Assembly (NCBI GenBank): GCA_964653005.1
Contig: CAZZAN010000002.1
Span: forward strand, 213,975 to 277,974
Origin: an uncultured Dehalococcoidia bacterium
Lineage (GTDB): Bacteria; Chloroflexota; Dehalococcoidia; UBA6926
Direction: 5' to 3'
DNA: 64,000 bases
Positions within the stretch are counted from its first letter, which is position 1, and each line of letters starts with the position of its first letter. A program made the translations under genes and the position numbers. Shown here in pieces: positions 7,219 through 15,035 of this stretch. Under the pieces are notes generated by a model. The model had not been told where the DNA came from. It did not search any database and saw only the letters and a list, made by a program, of their open reading frames with translations.

Positions 7219-9486
7219 CTACTGGTCAGTTTGGACGATCCCGCGAAAGCTTATAGAGCTCAGAATAGGGGACTGCCTCCCTGACCAGAATAGCGACAAG
7301 TGATGCTTGGCCCTGGTTGTTGCCACATAGAGGAGCTTCTGATTGAAGAGGGTCTCACGAAACGTATCATTGACACCCATGACAATGACCGCATCGTATT
7401 CCAGACCCTTTGCGTCGGGGATTCGGCCCAACACTGTACGGGTCTCTGCACGGTAATCATCCCCCAGCCTCGTTATGTCGGTTATGTCCCTGGCCGCGCA
7501 AAAGCGCTCGAACCTGGTGAGCTGAGCACTGTCCCTAACAAGAATCGCGATGGTGGAGTCTTCTAAACCCTCCAATGATCGGACGCTCTCCAGATGGGCA
7601 ACTACAGCTCGATGCATCACGCCCTCGTTGGAGAGGGCGTGGTACTCGACACGGTGCCCCTCTCGATCGAATGGAATAGGAGCAGGGATGTTGCTGTCGA
7701 AGGTCCGGAGAAGCCGGTTGTTGAACCTTGTGATGTGGACGTTGGCCCTATAGGAGGTGCGCGCGTGTTGGACCTTGATGTCCGCGCGCCCAAAGACCCG
7801 GTCCAGTTCCCGCCAAGACCTGATTCCCCGATGCAGGCCCAACCGCTGAGCCGTGTCTCCTAGAACAGTGAACCAGTTGTTGGCCGATGCTATTGTCAAC
7901 AGCCTGAACTCAATTGGAGATATATCCTGGGCCTCGTCCACTACGATGTGTCGGTAGCTGTTGGCGATTGTCCCGTTTAGCTGGTGGTCTAGGTAGGCCA
8001 AGGGACCGAGGTCGGAGTCGTCAAACCCGTTCTTCTTCGCATGGGCTGCAGATTCGGCCAGGGCATTGGCATCCTCTTCTGATATCTGGCCCCGGGACAG
8101 ACGCACCATGCGGTCAGGGTCAGACAGCATGGCAATATACTCTTCTCGGAAGTCGATGTGTTCCCATGCAGCGTTGCACCAGGGGGCTACCGTGTCGTCT
8201 CGAACATCTTTTAGGAACCTGACAGTCTCCTCTCTTCCTATTTGAGGGTTGCGCCTGCTCGGAGGCCAGAGCGCCTCGACGACTCGGTTGATAAACTCCT
8301 CCCGTCGCTGGTTCATCCGATCCACTGATGTTCTCTGAGGGATCACGTCGTTGAGGATTTGGCTCATGCGGGACTCCGGCATAGTCAGTCCCGACACTTG
8401 ATGGACCGGGGCAGAGAGAGACCGTGTTCTCCTCTTGATATCGCTACTTAATTCTCCGACGTGACGGTCGATCGCATCGGCCATCAACATCGATCCCTTG
8501 AAGAGTTCCGCCTGCTCGTTGAATCGCAATCTCGTACCAGGGGCAAGGAGGTTCTTCCAAATCCTAGCCTCCCTCCGTGGACGTCGGGACATCTGGCCCA
8601 TCATCCACTCGCTGAACCTGGTTTGCTGGACACGATCACGTACGCCTAGCTGAGGAAGTATGTCAGCGGCGTAATCCAAAAAGGCTTGTGAGGGTCCGAG
8701 GAAGAGAGTGGTGCCCGGCGTTGGCCGGTCCCTTTCGGGGAGGTCGTTGAAGGGGGACAGCAGGTAAGCGATTCGGTGAAAGCCGATGTCACTCTTGCCA
8801 CTGCCGGCGGCCCCCTGGACCACCAACACTTTGTCACTGGTATTGGAGATGCTCTCGTACTGTTCTGGTTCGATTGTTTCAACGATGACCCGTAGATGCC
8901 CATCCCCTGCCCCGGTCTGGCTGAGAGCCTCGGTAAGCGCCTTGTTAGGGGCGGCAGACGGACCGGTCAACATGCGGCGAAAAATGTCGTTGATATCCTC
9001 TAACCTCTGTCCGCGTATCCGGAGATAGCGCTTCAGGTCAACGACAGCCGACACCGGCCCCGCCGGAGCACTGTAGCCGTCCTGACGGCTCGGCGTGTAC
9101 CAGAGCTTTGCCACAGGGGCAGTCCAACTAGAGATTCCCTTCTCTGGTATGCTGGTGACCCCCAGATACACCGTCATCAGGCCAGGTGTGGCGTCCTCGG
9201 TCTCGACGCCTCCTGAACCCTGGGGCACTTCGGAAGGCCCGTCTGTCACCACGAAATCAAGCCGACCGAAGTAGGGCTGCTCGAACGCGGAATTCAGGGA
9301 GTCCTGTCTCTCCTCTAGTATCTTCTGTATTTGGTTGGCGGTTTCCTGATGTGCAGCTGTGGCCGGCATCCCCTGCTGGATCCTACTCCGGTACTCCGCG
9401 ATAAATCGAAGGACGTCATCGAGCTTGAGTTGCTCTTCCTCGAATGCTGGATTACGGCCATCGTCGGGGTCAGAGAGATGTAGCAT
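7219..9486 (-). CDS. SF1 UvrD/Rep-family helicase, HelD (helicase IV)-like
   Basis: HelD-like N-terminus (QPYFGRLDF, SSWTAPVAKLWY). Walker A VVQGAAGSGKS, motif II HIVVDEAQD, GLEYDAVIV, LYVATTRAKHHL. RBS AGGAGG lies before the ATG. Confidence 0.85.
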   Translation of the reverse strand: MLHLSDPDDGRNPAFEEEQLKLDDVLRFIAEYRSRIQQGMPATAAHQETANQIQKILEERQDSLNSAFEQPYFGRLDFVVTDGPSEVPQGSGGVETEDATPGLMTVYLGVTSIPEKGISSWTAPVAKLWYTPSRQDGYSAPAGPVSAVVDLKRYLRIRGQRLEDINDIFRRMLTGPSAAPNKALTEALSQTGAGDGHLRVIVETIEPEQYESISNTSDKVLVVQGAAGSGKSDIGFHRIAYLLSPFNDLPERDRPTPGTTLFLGPSQAFLDYAADILPQLGVRDRVQQTRFSEWMMGQMSRRPRREARIWKNLLAPGTRLRFNEQAELFKGSMLMADAIDRHVGELSSDIKRRTRSLSAPVHQVSGLTMPESRMSQILNDVIPQRTSVDRMNQRREEFINRVVEALWPPSRRNPQIGREETVRFLKDVRDDTVAPWCNAAWEHIDFREEYIAMLSDPDRMVRLSRGQISEEDANALAESAAHAKKNGFDDSDLGPLAYLDHQLNGTIANSYRHIVVDEAQDISPIEFRLLTIASANNWFTVLGDTAQRLGLHRGIRSWRELDRVFGRADIKVQHARTSYRANVHITRFNNRLLRTFDSNIPAPIPFDREGHRVEYHALSNEGVMHRAVVAHLESVRSLEGLEDSTIAILVRDSAQLTRFERFCAARDITDITRLGDDYRAETRTVLGRIPDAKGLEYDAVIVMGVNDTFRETLFNQKLLYVATTRAKHHLSLFWSGRQSPILSSISFRGIVQTDQ

Positions 9487-9572
9487 GGCGTAGGTCCTCC
9501 TGTCAGCGTCCCAAAGCTGCCTGCATCGGCCTCAGTATGTGCCGTTTGCATTTACGTTGTACGTTAGTCGTG

Positions 9573-9601
9573 ATTTTAGACGTAATTTAAGTTCTTGTCA
9601 A
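9573..9601 (-). promoter_or_regulatory. sigma70-like promoter for the helicase operon
   Basis: Minus strand reads TTGACA, 17-nt spacer, TAAAAT. Confidence 0.55.
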
Positions 9602-9624
9602 TGATGTACAGTACGTGCTATATT
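9595..9624 (+). promoter_or_regulatory. sigma70-like promoter for the DGQHR gene pair
   Basis: Plus strand reads TTGTCA, 18-nt spacer, TATATT. Its -35 box overlaps the -35 box of the divergent promoter. Confidence 0.5.
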
Positions 9625-9654
9625 ACGCGCAAGTTAAGACGAGGAGGCCATGTA

Positions 9655-10791
9655 ATGGTTGAACTGCAAGACCTTCGAATCCCCGCGCATCGTTTCCGCC
9701 AGGGAGGCCGGGAAGTGTATGCCTGTGTGCTCGACCTGCCCAACCTCAATGCCAGGCTCCCGGACCGAATCGATGACCAGGTCGTAAAGGAATCCAACCG
9801 GCAGCTCACACCGTCCCACGCACGACGTATACAGGCGTACTTGGCGGAGAGGGACGACTGGCTGCTCAGCGCACTCATGCTTGGCGTTCCCGCCGACGCG
9901 GTGGAGTTCCGCCCTTATGTCGAAGGTGATGGTGCGCCGATGCATGTTGGCGAGCTGCGGATTCAGGGCGAGTCCCCCGCCTTGATGAAGATGTTCGACG
10001 GGCAGCACCGGCGTCGAGCTATCAAGGACGTGCTCGCAGAACTGGAAGGCACTGTCCGGCGGGCCAATAAACTCTCCGCCTTGGAGGCGTGCTCACTGCC
10101 GATAATGTTGTATGTCGAAGATGACATCGCCTCGCTTCGCCAAATGTTTGCCGATGCTGCCCACACCAAGTCCATCGAGGCCAACGTGGTGGCTCGCTTT
10201 GACCTGCGCGATCCGTTCAACCTCGCCGCTGTCTGGCTAAAGGAGAATAGTGACCTGTTTGCTGGTCGCGTCGAAGAGGAGCGCGCCTCCGTCCCCCGCA
10301 CCAGCGAGTGCATCATTGCCATCAATCAGTTGTCCGTTACCCTCAAGACTCTTGAGGTCGGCTACAGAGGTCGGGTCAGCAAGGACCTCAGTAGCCAGTA
10401 CATGCTAGCCCTAGATGACTTGAACGAGCGGTGCTGGACTTGGGCCGATGACTTTATGCCGGCAGCCCGGGAAGAATACGAATGGCTGGTTGCTGGCGAC
10501 ATCGACAATTCTGAGATCCCGATGAACCGCGCAACGTCCTTGGCCTACAACGCCACCGTCATTCGCCTTTTCGCTGGCTGCTACTACGAGTGGACCAAAG
10601 ACGGCACCCCTTGGGAGCCGCTAGCCCAGTTCATCCGCAGTGCTTCTCTTGAGCCGGCCAGCGGGCAAGGTGCCCTCTTGGTAGACGCTGGTTTGGTCGC
10701 CGAGGGTGGGATTACGCCGTTTGCACGCGCACAGTTGGTGGGCTCCGCGATAGACCACATCGTTCGACGGGCAAGATCTGCCTCTGGTTAG
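9655..10791 (+). CDS. DGQHR-domain (DndB-like, ParB/Srx-fold) protein, paralog 1
   Basis: Motif MFDGQHRRRAIKD. Length (~378 aa) is typical of DndB-like proteins. Start chosen at ATG 9655 after RBS GAGGAGG; the upstream extension would overlap the promoter. Confidence 0.8.
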   Translation: MVELQDLRIPAHRFRQGGREVYACVLDLPNLNARLPDRIDDQVVKESNRQLTPSHARRIQAYLAERDDWLLSALMLGVPADAVEFRPYVEGDGAPMHVGELRIQGESPALMKMFDGQHRRRAIKDVLAELEGTVRRANKLSALEACSLPIMLYVEDDIASLRQMFADAAHTKSIEANVVARFDLRDPFNLAAVWLKENSDLFAGRVEEERASVPRTSECIIAINQLSVTLKTLEVGYRGRVSKDLSSQYMLALDDLNERCWTWADDFMPAAREEYEWLVAGDIDNSEIPMNRATSLAYNATVIRLFAGCYYEWTKDGTPWEPLAQFIRSASLEPASGQGALLVDAGLVAEGGITPFARAQLVGSAIDHIVRRARSASG

Positions 10792-10840
10792 CGGGGCCCG
10801 CCGCACATCAAAATCGAGAAGAACACCAGGAGGTTATGAA

Positions 10841-12034
10841 ATGGCACCGAAGATATCTCTTTCCCCAAGCCGCTATCAAGCCCAGCTTCCGGCGCACCGG
10901 TTCAGACAAGGCAACCGGGACGTGTATTACTTTACCCTTGACCTGGCCGCTCTGGACGGCCTGCTTCCCCAGCGGGTCGACGACTCCATGGTCAGGGAAG
11001 CCAACCGGCGCCTAACCCCCAGCCATGCGCGGAATATCCAACAATACCTTGAGACTCGAGACGACTGGCTGCTGGGAGCGCTGCTGCTTGGTATAGCGCC
11101 CGACGCCTTGGAATTCGAGCCTTACCAAGATGAGGGCGGAATCGAGATTAGCCCAAACTTCGGCGAGTTAAGCATCCTGACCAGCCGGGCTAACACCATG
11201 AGAATATTCGATGGCCAGCACCGCCGCAGGGCTATCCAAGACACCCTCGACAGGCTCGGCCAGGGAGATGTGCAAAGCGAAAAGCTCGGAGAACTTCATG
11301 GGTCGTCAGTGCCGATTATCCTCTATGCGGAGGACGATGTCCGCGCCTTACGCCAGATGTTCACGGACGCGTCGAGAACCAAAAGGATCGAGGCCAACGT
11401 GGTGACCAGATTCGACAAACGCGACCCCTTCAACCTTGCAGCGATGCATCTAGTAGAGAAGAGCCAACTGTTTGGCGGACGGGTTGAGATGGACTCCACA
11501 ACCGTTTCACGCAGTAGTCTGGCTCTAATCTCAGTCAACCAGCTCGCACAGGCCCTGAGAGTCATGAAGGTCGGATACAGGAGCCGTGTGAGCCGCCAAC
11601 AAAGCCAACTCTATATGCAGGAACTAGATGCCCTATACGAGAGCTGTCTGGACTGGAGCGACAACTTTCTACCAGGCGCCCGCTGGGAGTATGAAGGACT
11701 TCTTTCGGGCAACATCAGGGACGCGGACATCCCTGCACAACGTGTCGAATCGCTAGCCTACAGCACCACCTTTATACGGATCCTTGCCGGGTGCTACCAC
11801 GACTGGATGGAGGATAGAGACGACTGGACACCACTGGCCAACTTCCTCAAGGACGCCCGGCTGGAAACGGGCGGCGGCCGTGGAACCCTTCTGGTCGATG
11901 GCGGTGCCATGCTGCCCGGGGACAACGCCCCCAGTGGCCGTCGTCAGGAAGTAGAGAGTGCGATCAAATACATCAACCAGCACGCTAGCCAGGCAGCCGA
12001 ATCGGATGGCGACGATGATGAATTGCCCTGGTGA
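10841..12034 (+). CDS. DGQHR-domain (DndB-like, ParB/Srx-fold) protein, paralog 2
   Basis: Motif IFDGQHRRRAIQD. Colinear with paralog 1 (PAHRFRQG.R.VY, LTPSHAR.IQ.YL, RQMF.DA..TK.IEANVV). RBS AGGAGG. Confidence 0.8.
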   Translation: MAPKISLSPSRYQAQLPAHRFRQGNRDVYYFTLDLAALDGLLPQRVDDSMVREANRRLTPSHARNIQQYLETRDDWLLGALLLGIAPDALEFEPYQDEGGIEISPNFGELSILTSRANTMRIFDGQHRRRAIQDTLDRLGQGDVQSEKLGELHGSSVPIILYAEDDVRALRQMFTDASRTKRIEANVVTRFDKRDPFNLAAMHLVEKSQLFGGRVEMDSTTVSRSSLALISVNQLAQALRVMKVGYRSRVSRQQSQLYMQELDALYESCLDWSDNFLPGARWEYEGLLSGNIRDADIPAQRVESLAYSTTFIRILAGCYHDWMEDRDDWTPLANFLKDARLETGGGRGTLLVDGGAMLPGDNAPSGRRQEVESAIKYINQHASQAAESDGDDDELPW

Positions 12035-12226
12035 CACCGCAATACAAGAAGCGTGGCCTACGGTTTGTACAGATTGGGGTCGGCGAAAACGGTTACGGAC
12101 GTACCGTTGTTGCGCCTGCCCACGATGTCAGGAGTCCGCCGCCAGGGCTTGAGGAGATGCACAAGCGCGGTGTGCCAAGGCCTAGCCCTGCGGTGTTCTC
12201 CAGCCCACAGGTGGATGGAGAAGAAG

Positions 12227-12267
12227 GGATCGCGGGTCCTGTAGTCTGACTACAGAGCCCGCGATCC
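12227..12267. terminator. strong hairpin between convergent genes (possible bidirectional terminator)
   Basis: GGATCGCGGGTCCTGTAGT ctg ACTACAGAGCCCGCGATCC; 17 of 19 stem positions pair. Confidence 0.5.
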
Positions 12268-12319
12268 TATGATCCAACCTGGCTTGGCGCGAGAGCCGTT
12301 AGGCTGGGCGGCCAAGCTC

Positions 12320-13168
12320 CTACATCGGTTCCTTCCGCCGCGTCAGCAGCGCCGAGCAGTCCCGCTGGATGACGTGGTGGACGTAGGTCTGACCCGAGCC
12401 GTCGTAGCCAGTGCGGTAGGCGAACTCGACGTTCGCTCCATGCGGCATCCGTCCGCCAACGCGGGCGGTCTGGCCGTTATCTTCGCGCACTACCATCCCG
12501 GTGCGCTCTCCCTTGCGCCAGCCCAGCACCTTGACCTCTGCAGGCATCACCCGCAGCTCGGCCTTCGACGGCTGGAACAGCACGGCATGCAGCTTTCTGA
12601 GCACCGTGGGCGACGCTCTGCGCTGGCCGGACACGATCTGCGACATGTGCGCCGTACTGATGCCTGCACGTCGCGCCGCCTCGCTCTGGTTGATGCCATG
12701 TGCGTCCAGGCGGTCCCAGAGTACATGGATGTTGGTTTCTGCGCGTTCCGCCGACGCTGCCGTCACGGGCGCTTCCAGCGCCGCCTCCAGCCGCGCCCGC
12801 ACATTCACGGTCATGATCCTGTGGCCCCGCGACACCTGCGAGACGTAGGACTGCGACAAACCCGCACGCGCCGCCACATCGCGAATCGTCAGTCCCAACT
12901 CGCGGGCCCGCTCGCGGATGTACGTGCTCTCGCCGTCGACCGACTCCTGCCGCACGCGAACCGTGCCCTGTCCGGGAACCTCGCCCAGGACGGCCATGAC
13001 CTTCGCGCGCATCTTGGGCGTCCACTTCCGGTGCCCGTTCGCGATCTGCGACAGGTACCCCTTCGTCACGCCCATCCTCGCCGCCAGGTCTTGCATCGTG
13101 AGGCCCTGCCGCCGCGCGGCGGCCTGCGTCTCGGTCTCTGTCCTCTCGATCATCTTCCTCGTGGACAT
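12320..13168 (-). CDS. XRE-family regulator with three tandem HTH domains and a C-terminal domain
   Basis: Three HTH units (LAARMGVTKGYLSQIANGHR, VAARAGLSQSYVSQVSRGHR, AARRAGISTAHMSQIVSGQR). Start set at ATG 13168 after RBS AGGAGG; the track ORF extends to 13279. Confidence 0.75.
   Translation of the reverse strand: MSTRKMIERTETETQAAARRQGLTMQDLAARMGVTKGYLSQIANGHRKWTPKMRAKVMAVLGEVPGQGTVRVRQESVDGESTYIRERARELGLTIRDVAARAGLSQSYVSQVSRGHRIMTVNVRARLEAALEAPVTAASAERAETNIHVLWDRLDAHGINQSEAARRAGISTAHMSQIVSGQRRASPTVLRKLHAVLFQPSKAELRVMPAEVKVLGWRKGERTGMVVREDNGQTARVGGRMPHGANVEFAYRTGYDGSGQTYVHHVIQRDCSALLTRRKEPM
12339..12677. repeat. ~340-bp direct repeat, right copy (3-prime part of XRE gene)
   Basis: Aligns with 6832-7171. 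Confidence 0.85.
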
Positions 13169-13540
13169 CTCGCTTCCTCCTGAAAAGGGCAAAGCGGGAC
13201 GCCCCCGGAGGAGACAGTCCCGCTTGCTAAAGCCCCGGTGTCCGGGACTGTCTCCGTTGGTTTCGTGGCCATGCGTCATGGCCGATGCGGCGTCGCGTAT
13301 ACGTCACGCCGCGCGCGGACCTGCCTAGGATTCGCTCCTAGGTGAGTCCACAGATGACTTGTGACCCACACCGGCATCCGGGCGCAGGTCGAGTGCGGTC
13401 AATCAGGGAATGTCAAAGCCCGCCGACGGCCGGATGCCATGCCGTCACGCGGGATGAAGAGGGATTCAAGGGACGCAGTCGAGGACGTCACCGCATGGAT
13501 GCACGTCGCCACTGCCGCCCGAAAAGGAAACGCCGACCTC

Positions 13541-14290
13541 GGCTCAAGCCGCAGACCGGCGTTGTATGAAAGCCCGCCCAGCTACGACCTACGTCGTTTC
13601 GGCGGGCACGTTGAATCAGCCGAACCGCGAGGGGCGTTCCGGCTGTTGCATGAAGGGATCAGGCCGCGTCAGGCAACCCGTCCGTCAATTCCCGCTGTTC
13701 GAGGTGGCTCGGTTGAGTGAGCACTCCCATTCCGATTCCGCCTCTCGCCCCGGGGAGCGATGATTCCGTGTTTGCGATGAGAATGGAGAGCAAGTCGATC
13801 CTTCCTCATCACTCGCCGCGGAGGCGATGGTCCCGATTTCGGTCGCTCGGAGAGAATTCAATCGATCCCCGTACGAAGCCAGGTCGTTCGGGACAACCCA
13901 TCCAGGTTTCTAAGGTTGGAAACGCTGGAAAGCCAAACAATGAAGCCATTCTTCACACGGTTGATGCCATAGGCAAGAGTTTTCGGGCATCCCAGCCCAA
14001 ATTGCTTACTCTTGTTCAACTATTGCTTGCAGGAGTTAACAGGACGTGCTCAGACGTGTTCAGTGGTCGTTCCCACCGTCGGGACCAGACGCCGCAGCTT
14101 CAGCAAATGCCCCACGCCTCAGCCCCACCACGCCCCGAATGTGGCCAGCCGCCGGGTCCAGCGCAACAACTTGCGACGCAGAATCCTCCTTCGCACCGCA
14201 CGCAGATCCCGGAGCCGCCACTCCGTCACATGCCGCCGCCACTGGCCGTCGATGGGGTGATCGTCCGGCGGCAGGGTCAGTCCGTGCTCG
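13541..14290. repeat. ~0.75-kb repeated element, copy 1 (mostly non-coding)
   Basis: Conserved blocks are shared with 17424-18195, e.g. ttgcatgaagg.atcaggccg, caacccgtccgtcaattcccgctgttcgag, gcctctcgccccggggagcgatg, gtgtttgcgatgagaatggagagcaagtcgatcc, cttgcaggagtta. Confidence 0.7.
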
Positions 14291-14631
14291 TTCAACAGCG
14301 CCAGCTCCACCGTCAGCAGCCGCCTCTGCCGCTCCATCCACGACAGGGTCCTCCCGTCGACGGGATGTCCGCGCCTGAGCATCCGCCACTCCCTGACCAG
14401 CGGCCATGCGCGTCCGTACACATACGAATCGTCATTGGCTGGTTCGACCGTCACGATCTCGTCGTAGTCCCTCCGCGGGAAGGTCGGCCTCGTGTGTCTT
14501 GCCGGAGCTTCGATTGCCAATAGCACGACACCTGCCCGTCCGGCTGTCGCTTTCTTGACAAGAGACTCGCCGCCTAGCCCCCGCTCCAGAGTCCGGTCCA
14601 TCATGTCTTGTTCAGCGCGGTGCGCATCCAA
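14119..14631 (-). CDS. hypothetical protein (its 3-prime end lies inside repeat copy 1)
   Basis: 170-aa ORF with protein-like composition. Its C-terminal RAVRRRILRRKLLRWTRRLATFGAWWG has a frame-disrupted homolog (RMVRGRLPRRKLPRWVRRAATFGA) in copy 2. Confidence 0.4.
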   Translation of the reverse strand: MDAHRAEQDMMDRTLERGLGGESLVKKATAGRAGVVLLAIEAPARHTRPTFPRRDYDEIVTVEPANDDSYVYGRAWPLVREWRMLRRGHPVDGRTLSWMERQRRLLTVELALLNEHGLTLPPDDHPIDGQWRRHVTEWRLRDLRAVRRRILRRKLLRWTRRLATFGAWWG

Positions 14632-14794
14632 AGACTTTCGCTCGCCGTCAGCAGCGACTGCCAGGTTCTCAACCGCGCCCTGAAGCCGTCCAGCCAGTGG
14701 TCCATCGCTGCGACATGAAAGACGTAACGTCCTCTGATTTCTCCTGAGACAATGCCTCCCGCACCTACCATTCCAGTAGGGTGAAGGTGCCCCG

Positions 14795-14968
14795 CTAGTT
14801 CCGTCCCGTCAGAGCGCGATTGCAGTCCACGCAGGCCTGCACTAGGTTGGCGAGGCGATCGCACCCGCCGCGTTAGAGCAGAATCACATGCTCCCAGTTG
14901 GGCTCGGGTCCAAAATGGGTGAACGCCTCGGCGCAGTACGCGCACTGCGCCCGTTCGCGCTCCATCAT
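14795..14968 (-). pseudogene. HNH endonuclease remnant with in-frame stops
   Basis: One frame reads MMERERAQCAYCAEAFTHFGPEPNWEHVILL*RGGCDRLANLVQACVDCNRALTGRN*. This fits the C.YC...EH...GG...NLV.AC..CN pattern, interrupted by TAA and ended by TAG. Confidence 0.5.
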
Positions 14969-15035
14969 GGCGACGGTTCCTCTCTCCCTCTCTGTACTCC
15001 CACTCTAAGGCTACTGACCCTGACTCAAATGCACA

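Noticed and set aside
4969-9486. Gabija (GajA ATPase + GajB UvrD helicase)
   Set aside because: The ATPase lacks a TOPRIM-like C-terminal domain. The two genes are not adjacent (a small ORF and an XRE gene intervene, and the intergenic regions are separate). The helicase has a HelD-type N-terminus and pairs divergently with the DGQHR genes.
9595-9654. N-terminal extension of DGQHR paralog 1 (track start 9595)
   Set aside because: It would begin inside the predicted -35/-10 promoter. ATG 9655 has a GAGGAGG RBS and aligns with the start of paralog 2.
9655-12034. Part of a canonical dnd, ssp or dpd DNA-modification cluster
   Set aside because: No cysteine desulfurase, PAPS-reductase-like, SMC-like DndD, DndE, TGT-like or other modification genes anywhere in the 64 kb.
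12269-13183. 304-aa plus-strand ORF
   Set aside because: Antisense shadow of the triple-HTH XRE gene, with Arg/Pro/His-rich composition.
13330-14118. Group II intron, omega RNA (TnpB/IscB) or HEARO-type RNA
   Set aside because: No reverse transcriptase, TnpB or IscB ORF. I could not find a convincing domain V (34-nt AGC...GNRA hairpin with a 2-nt bulge) or a GUGYG 5-prime end in a sensible position. The HNH remnant lies on the wrong side for an IscB/HEARO arrangement. Left as an unassigned conserved element.
13717-14523. 268-aa plus-strand ORF, and its counterpart 17516-18178 (220 aa)
   Set aside because: Pro/Arg/Ser/Gln-rich low-complexity translations typical of non-coding or antisense GC-rich DNA. 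Similarity between the two is explained by nucleotide conservation of the repeat.
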